Of a DNA stretch of 28,038 nt, positions 24,829 to 28,038 are shown one piece after another. Position 1 is the first letter of the stretch. Each line of letters begins with the position of its first letter. This DNA comes from a virus (taxonomy: Duplodnaviria; Caudoviricetes), in IMG/VR virus record IMGVR_UViG_3300032327_000104, positions 1 through 28,038 of that record. One strand, given 5' to 3'. Under the pieces are notes generated by a model. It was not told where the DNA came from. It saw only the letters and a list, made by a program, of their open reading frames with translations, and made no database searches. The translations under genes were made by a program, and so were the position numbers.

Positions 24829-25310
24829 TAGGTGCTCCCCCAAGGGCCGTGTGCTGACATGGTTGCGTTGTAGTCAAAGTTGTCAGTGAAGCAATCTTTG
24901 AGCGTGACTGTCTCGGTGCCATACCCCCGCACCGAATCGTTGTATGTAAACACGTTCTTGGGTATGCGTACGCCGTGATGCACAAAGTCAAGCCCTGCGG
25001 GTGTTAACCGCCACAGTCCCGAGTGCTTGGTCTTGGTTTTACCGTTGTTGTCCCTGCGCTCAATGAGCCCCCACCACCGTAGCGTTGGCAGTTGGTTTGA
25101 CTGCACCACCCATCGCGGCGCTGTTGTAGGAACATCCACCCACCCTTTATCATCTGGCTTCGCATACGCTAACCAGACTAAGGATTTTGCCATCGTGCGG
25201 TTGATAGGGCGTGAGTACACCTTACCCCAACGGTCACACGTAGGGCAGTGCCCCCCACCACTCTCAATCGTCCCGCGCCAGATAGCGCGTAGTCTTTCAA
25301 GCACATCCAT
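24828..25310 (-). CDS. Hypothetical protein (160 aa) with CPTC motif and possible winged helix
   Basis: AGGAGAACGAAG-ATG start. Coupled to the polymerase. LRWWGLIER...GLWRLTPAG resembles a wHTH wing. Confidence 0.7.
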   Translation of the reverse strand: MDVLERLRAIWRGTIESGGGHCPTCDRWGKVYSRPINRTMAKSLVWLAYAKPDDKGWVDVPTTAPRWVVQSNQLPTLRWWGLIERRDNNGKTKTKHSGLWRLTPAGLDFVHHGVRIPKNVFTYNDSVRGYGTETVTLKDCFTDNFDYNATMSAHGPWGST

Positions 25311-25331
25311 CTTCGTTCTCCTGTTATGTTA

Positions 25332-25553
25332 TTAGTACCCACGCACTTCTTGGAGCTTTTGCAAATAGTGCTTGGCTTTGCCACCGTCATCGCTTCCGTC
25401 CTTGCGCCCTGCACGTAGGCTGTACTTGATAATGTTGCCTTTGAGAAACCCGATGAATTCCTCGTGGGTCAGCACCGCCTCCATCACCGCCCATGGCTGT
25501 ATGGGCATGTCTTTGTAGTGTGTGCCACTAACTTGTATGTCGTCTGCGTTCAT
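25332..25553 (-). CDS. DUF3310/SaV-like protein (T7 gp1.7 nucleotide-kinase-related family)
   Basis: QVSGTHY...IQPW...GFLKGNIIKY..RAGRK...KAKHYL. Confidence 0.8.
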   Translation of the reverse strand: MNADDIQVSGTHYKDMPIQPWAVMEAVLTHEEFIGFLKGNIIKYSLRAGRKDGSDDGGKAKHYLQKLQEVRGY

Positions 25554-25565
25554 ATCAATGTTTCC

Positions 25566-25853
25566 TCATACTCCAAGCATGGAGCGCACATCATCGATGT
25601 TGTCCTCGTTCACAACGAGTGACATGCCACCCATAGCAGCGATAGCTGCGAGGTTCTTCTGCTGCAACGGTGTTGGCTTGTTATTGCCAGCCTTGCACTC
25701 GATGCCAAAAAACTTGCCGTGGTAGCACCCAACGATGTCGGGCACACCACTGCCGCCGTACCCGCCAGTGACGGGGTAGAAGTAATAGGCGTGGAGTTCC
25801 TTGAGGATTGCCACGACCTTCTTCTTGACCTTGACTTCTGGCGTATCAGCCAC
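25566..25853 (-). CDS. VRR-NUC domain nuclease (putative Holliday junction resolvase), 95 aa
   Basis: TPEVKVK...GVPDIVGC..G.FFGIECKAG..KPTPLQ. Start reassigned to GTG 25853. Confidence 0.85.
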   Translation of the reverse strand: MADTPEVKVKKKVVAILKELHAYYFYPVTGGYGGSGVPDIVGCYHGKFFGIECKAGNNKPTPLQQKNLAAIAAMGGMSLVVNEDNIDDVRSMLGV

Positions 25854-26175
25854 CGAACCACCCCTTAATACGTTGCCACAGGGTAGGCTTGACCGTGGTG
25901 CTCGGGGAGGGCGTAAAGTGGGGCATGGTCGGCGGTGATGCCAGTTCTCCTGCCTTGATCCTGCGCGTGTACTTGCGCTTGGGCGGCACACCGATGCCGT
26001 CCGTAGGTTTCGGCAGCGCACCGATAGACCCAAGGCCACGCTCCTTGTTGAGTTGGTATCGGATGGTGTACACGGTTTGCGGCTTGCACTCCAACTTGGC
26101 GATGATGTCCTTGTTGTTGTAGCCCTTGTTGATCAAAGACCGAATGCGCTGTGTGGTATTTATCTGCTTGTTCAT
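25846..26175 (-). CDS. HTH DNA-binding protein (109 aa) with C-terminal amphipathic helix
   Basis: IRSLINKGYNNKDIIAKLECKPQTVYTIR HTH pattern; C-terminus PTLWQRIKGWFGG; AAGGAAACGAAG-ATG start. Confidence 0.7.
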   Translation of the reverse strand: MNKQINTTQRIRSLINKGYNNKDIIAKLECKPQTVYTIRYQLNKERGLGSIGALPKPTDGIGVPPKRKYTRRIKAGELASPPTMPHFTPSPSTTVKPTLWQRIKGWFGG

Positions 26176-26197
26176 CTTCGTTTCCTTTAAGTTAGTT

Positions 26198-26216
26198 TGT
26201 TAGGGAGTCCCTAACA
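26198..26216. promoter_or_regulatory. Perfect palindrome TGTTAGGGA-G-TCCCTAACA (putative operator)
   Basis: 9-bp arms with a 1-nt centre, intergenic and just upstream of the HTH gene. A second inverted repeat GGTACGTG-N5-CACGTACC is adjacent (26218-26238). Confidence 0.6.
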
Positions 26217-26244
26217 CGGTACGTGAAGCGCACGTACCAACGCA

Positions 26245-26673
26245 TCAAGATGTGGTCTCAGGTGCGTACACCCAATAGACATTACTTGATATTCGACGGC
26301 CTATACCCACCACTTCTTGTGTCGGTGGTGTACCACTCGTGATCATTAACACGGCAAGACGTTCCTTTACCCATTCGGGTAGATCGTCCGTCCGATCATA
26401 GTGGCCGCTGATGTCTGAGTCAATGCTTGCAAGACCAAAACATACGATATCTACCCCATCGGAAAAGACACTCACACGGTATATGTTGTCATTGTTCACC
26501 TCGTGTACGCCCATCGCAGTTGTCCATCGGAGCAGTTCTGTTGTTCCATCCGCCAGTCGTACATCAAAGAGCTTCACCGCTTTAATTGCAGCGCCTTGAT
26601 CTTCGGGGAGAATCTCTTCTCTCAGTACCTTGCGCACTGTCACGTCAGGCGGCGTAGCCTTACGCCATTCCAT
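26245..26673 (-). CDS. Hypothetical early protein (142 aa) with C-terminal LPEW..ERLAVL...V.GIGRRI...YWV motif
   Basis: Start reassigned to ATG 26673 after AAAGGAAA. Confidence 0.7.
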   Translation of the reverse strand: MEWRKATPPDVTVRKVLREEILPEDQGAAIKAVKLFDVRLADGTTELLRWTTAMGVHEVNNDNIYRVSVFSDGVDIVCFGLASIDSDISGHYDRTDDLPEWVKERLAVLMITSGTPPTQEVVGIGRRISSNVYWVYAPETTS

Positions 26674-26674
26674 A

Positions 26675-26836
26675 TTATTTCCTTTCAGTTTTACACAACT
26701 CATCCGTCAGCGGTTTGCGCTCTTGAACGCTCCATCGATGTCCTGATTGGCACTCAAACCTTCGGTATCGTCCCCACGAGCGTGGGCGCGACTCCTTAAC
26801 TTTGGCGTGCCGCCCACACTCAGGACATTTGATCAC
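26675..26836 (-). CDS. NrdR-N-terminal-like zinc-ribbon protein (53 aa)
   Basis: KCPECG...VKESR....YRRFECQSGHRWSVQE. The GTG start overlaps the upstream stop (GTGA). Confidence 0.7.
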   Translation of the reverse strand: MIKCPECGRHAKVKESRPRSWGRYRRFECQSGHRWSVQERKPLTDELCKTERK

Positions 26837-27012
26837 GTCAGTGCAAAAGACCGGCATAGCATCAACCACACAATCAGAGTAACGAGTAGTACGGTCACGC
26901 TCACGGCCAACCAGAACATCCACGTTTCAGCGGGGTCTGGGTCTTCGTCAATGCGGTCGCTGGTGTAAGGGCCGAACGCTTCGGTTAGCGTTCTTGGGTG
27001 TTTATGGTTCAT
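26833..27012 (-). CDS. Small membrane protein (59 aa), not in the ORF track
   Basis: SD TAGGAG. MNHKHPRTLTEAFGPY...WMFWLAVSVTVLLVTLIVWLML has one TM helix. Fills the gap exactly. Confidence 0.75.
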   Translation of the reverse strand: MNHKHPRTLTEAFGPYTSDRIDEDPDPAETWMFWLAVSVTVLLVTLIVWLMLCRSFALT

Positions 27013-27050
27013 TGATAATTCTCCTAAAGTTACTCAATCCCATGCGCTCG

Positions 27051-27401
27051 TCATGTCCTGCTCCTCTCAGGCCAATCTTTAGAGCGGTCTGCCCACTCGA
27101 TATCTACGTACAGCGTTTCTTTCTTTCTTGCCCAGTGAGCGGCTTTCTCAGCCGACTCGTGCATAAAGGCGGGCCATGACCAGCACTCGCCGTCCCACCA
27201 TCTGTACCCAAGAATCCTGTGCAACCCAACTGCGGTAGGCCACCAGCCAAGGCTTGGGGGTGGGCCTTTTTTCCATATAGTTGTCATTTTTTCCATACAA
27301 GTTGCACAACGCCACAGTTTTCGTTTATCAAGTCGGCCACCGAAAGCCTCCTTGTTCTTGTTGCACTTCCAACAGAAGCGCGTAAACGTACCTATTACCA
27401 C
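27051..27401 (-). CDS. Hypothetical protein (116 aa): N-terminal CxxC..CxxC finger plus Trp-rich domain
   Basis: CWKC...CATC, then MTTIWKKGPPPSLGWWP...RWWDGECWS. Confidence 0.65.
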   Translation of the reverse strand: MVIGTFTRFCWKCNKNKEAFGGRLDKRKLWRCATCMEKMTTIWKKGPPPSLGWWPTAVGLHRILGYRWWDGECWSWPAFMHESAEKAAHWARKKETLYVDIEWADRSKDWPERSRT

Positions 27402-27523
27402 GGATACCCCTTCGGCAAGTTTTGTTTACACAGTTCACAGCGGTCACAGAGGTACTGCCAATCATCAGACACCACACTGATTGTGTTCTTGTGCCCAAGA
27501 AGCCAACACAGTAGTTTCTTCAC
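27395..27523 (-). CDS. Small DUF1660-like zinc-binding protein (42 aa), not in the ORF track
   Basis: GGAGATAAA-GTG start; MKKLLCWLLGHK...CDRCELC. An alternative in-frame ATG lies at 27568. Confidence 0.65.
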   Translation of the reverse strand: MKKLLCWLLGHKNTISVVSDDWQYLCDRCELCKQNLPKGYPW

Positions 27524-27567
27524 TTTATCTCCACAGCACAAGCGGGTGAACCCTATTGCCTTTACCA

Positions 27568-27750
27568 TCACTCGATCCCGAAATGGGCCAGCAATATCTT
27601 GCCATCGTAAGATGGCTCATGGTGCTGGTCGATCACCTTGGCGCATTCGCGCACGATGAGTTCCGCAAAGAGTTCTGGATAGATTCTTGAACCCCCCTCG
27701 CGGACGATGCACTTGGCATGAAGTTCTTCAAATAGTTTTTGATTTATCAT
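27568..27750 (-). CDS. Small phage protein of the FAELIVREC...HFG(I/V)E type (60 aa)
   Basis: Motif recalled from small early proteins of uncultured aquatic phages; tightly packed with its neighbours. Confidence 0.7.
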   Translation of the reverse strand: MINQKLFEELHAKCIVREGGSRIYPELFAELIVRECAKVIDQHHEPSYDGKILLAHFGIE

Positions 27751-27937
27751 TTCGTTGTATCTCCACTGCGTTACGTTGTACCCACATAGTGAGTTCCTTT
27801 GCCATCATATCGGCATCGAGTCGCGTTGCTTGGGGGTGTACCCCCCACCCAATCTCTGCGAGTACTTGATCTATAGGTACTCGTTTAGTCAGAGAATCCT
27901 TTGCAGCCTTTGCTGCGCAGCGCCAGATCAAACTCAT
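27728..27937 (-). CDS. Hypothetical protein (69 aa)
   Basis: ATG overlaps the upstream stop (ATGA) and the ORF fills the gap. Confidence 0.55.
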   Translation of the reverse strand: MSLIWRCAAKAAKDSLTKRVPIDQVLAEIGWGVHPQATRLDADMMAKELTMWVQRNAVEIQRNDKSKTI

Positions 27938-28038
27938 TTCTGCACCCAGAAGGTTGCGCTGTCCACACGCAAGCCAACGCCGTCCACGTAGTGGCTGTCC
28001 TCCACCATGCTCAAGGCGGCGAGGTTTCCAGCAATACC
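27934..28038 (-). CDS. 3' end of a gene truncated by the window edge (...GIAGNLAALSMVEDSHYVDGVGLRVDSATFWVQK*)
   Basis: Open frame from 28038 to TGA at 27934; the C-terminal motif resembles that of the 26245-26673 protein. Confidence 0.7.
   Translation of the reverse strand, partial: GIAGNLAALSMVEDSHYVDGVGLRVDSATFWVQK

Noticed and set aside
25854-26039. Longer ORF-track starts for VRR-NUC (26039), helicase (21977), SSB (19674), polymerase (24843) and the zinc ribbon (26923)
   Set aside because: The extensions overlap upstream genes or leaders and lack SDs; the downstream starts have clear RBSs or stop-start coupling.

Overview
This is a 28-kb segment of a tailed dsDNA bacteriophage, probably podovirus-like (inferred from gene content). 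No rRNA, tRNA, CRISPR array or integrase is visible. The + strand (1-15468) carries a late operon of putative internal-virion/ejection proteins, ending in a 2076-aa polyvalent-type protein with a HExxH zincin motif and a PLxRFG-like motif. The - strand (15541-28038) converges on it with an early/replication module: small early genes, VRR-NUC nuclease, DUF3310-like protein, family A DNA polymerase, PD-(D/E)XK nuclease, HNH nuclease, SNF2 helicase, excisionase-like HTH, putative SSB and an AEP primase-helicase. The most striking signal is a candidate ~59-nt small RNA at the convergence point (15470-15528, - strand). It has its own extended -10 promoter and intrinsic terminator, and its 5' end (CACUUCGUUCUCCUU) is complementary to a shared GGAGAACGAAG(A)UG ribosome-binding/start motif in front of five replication-module genes. 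A likely overprinted 82-aa gene lies inside the giant virion protein. Family names are recalled from motifs, not from database searches.
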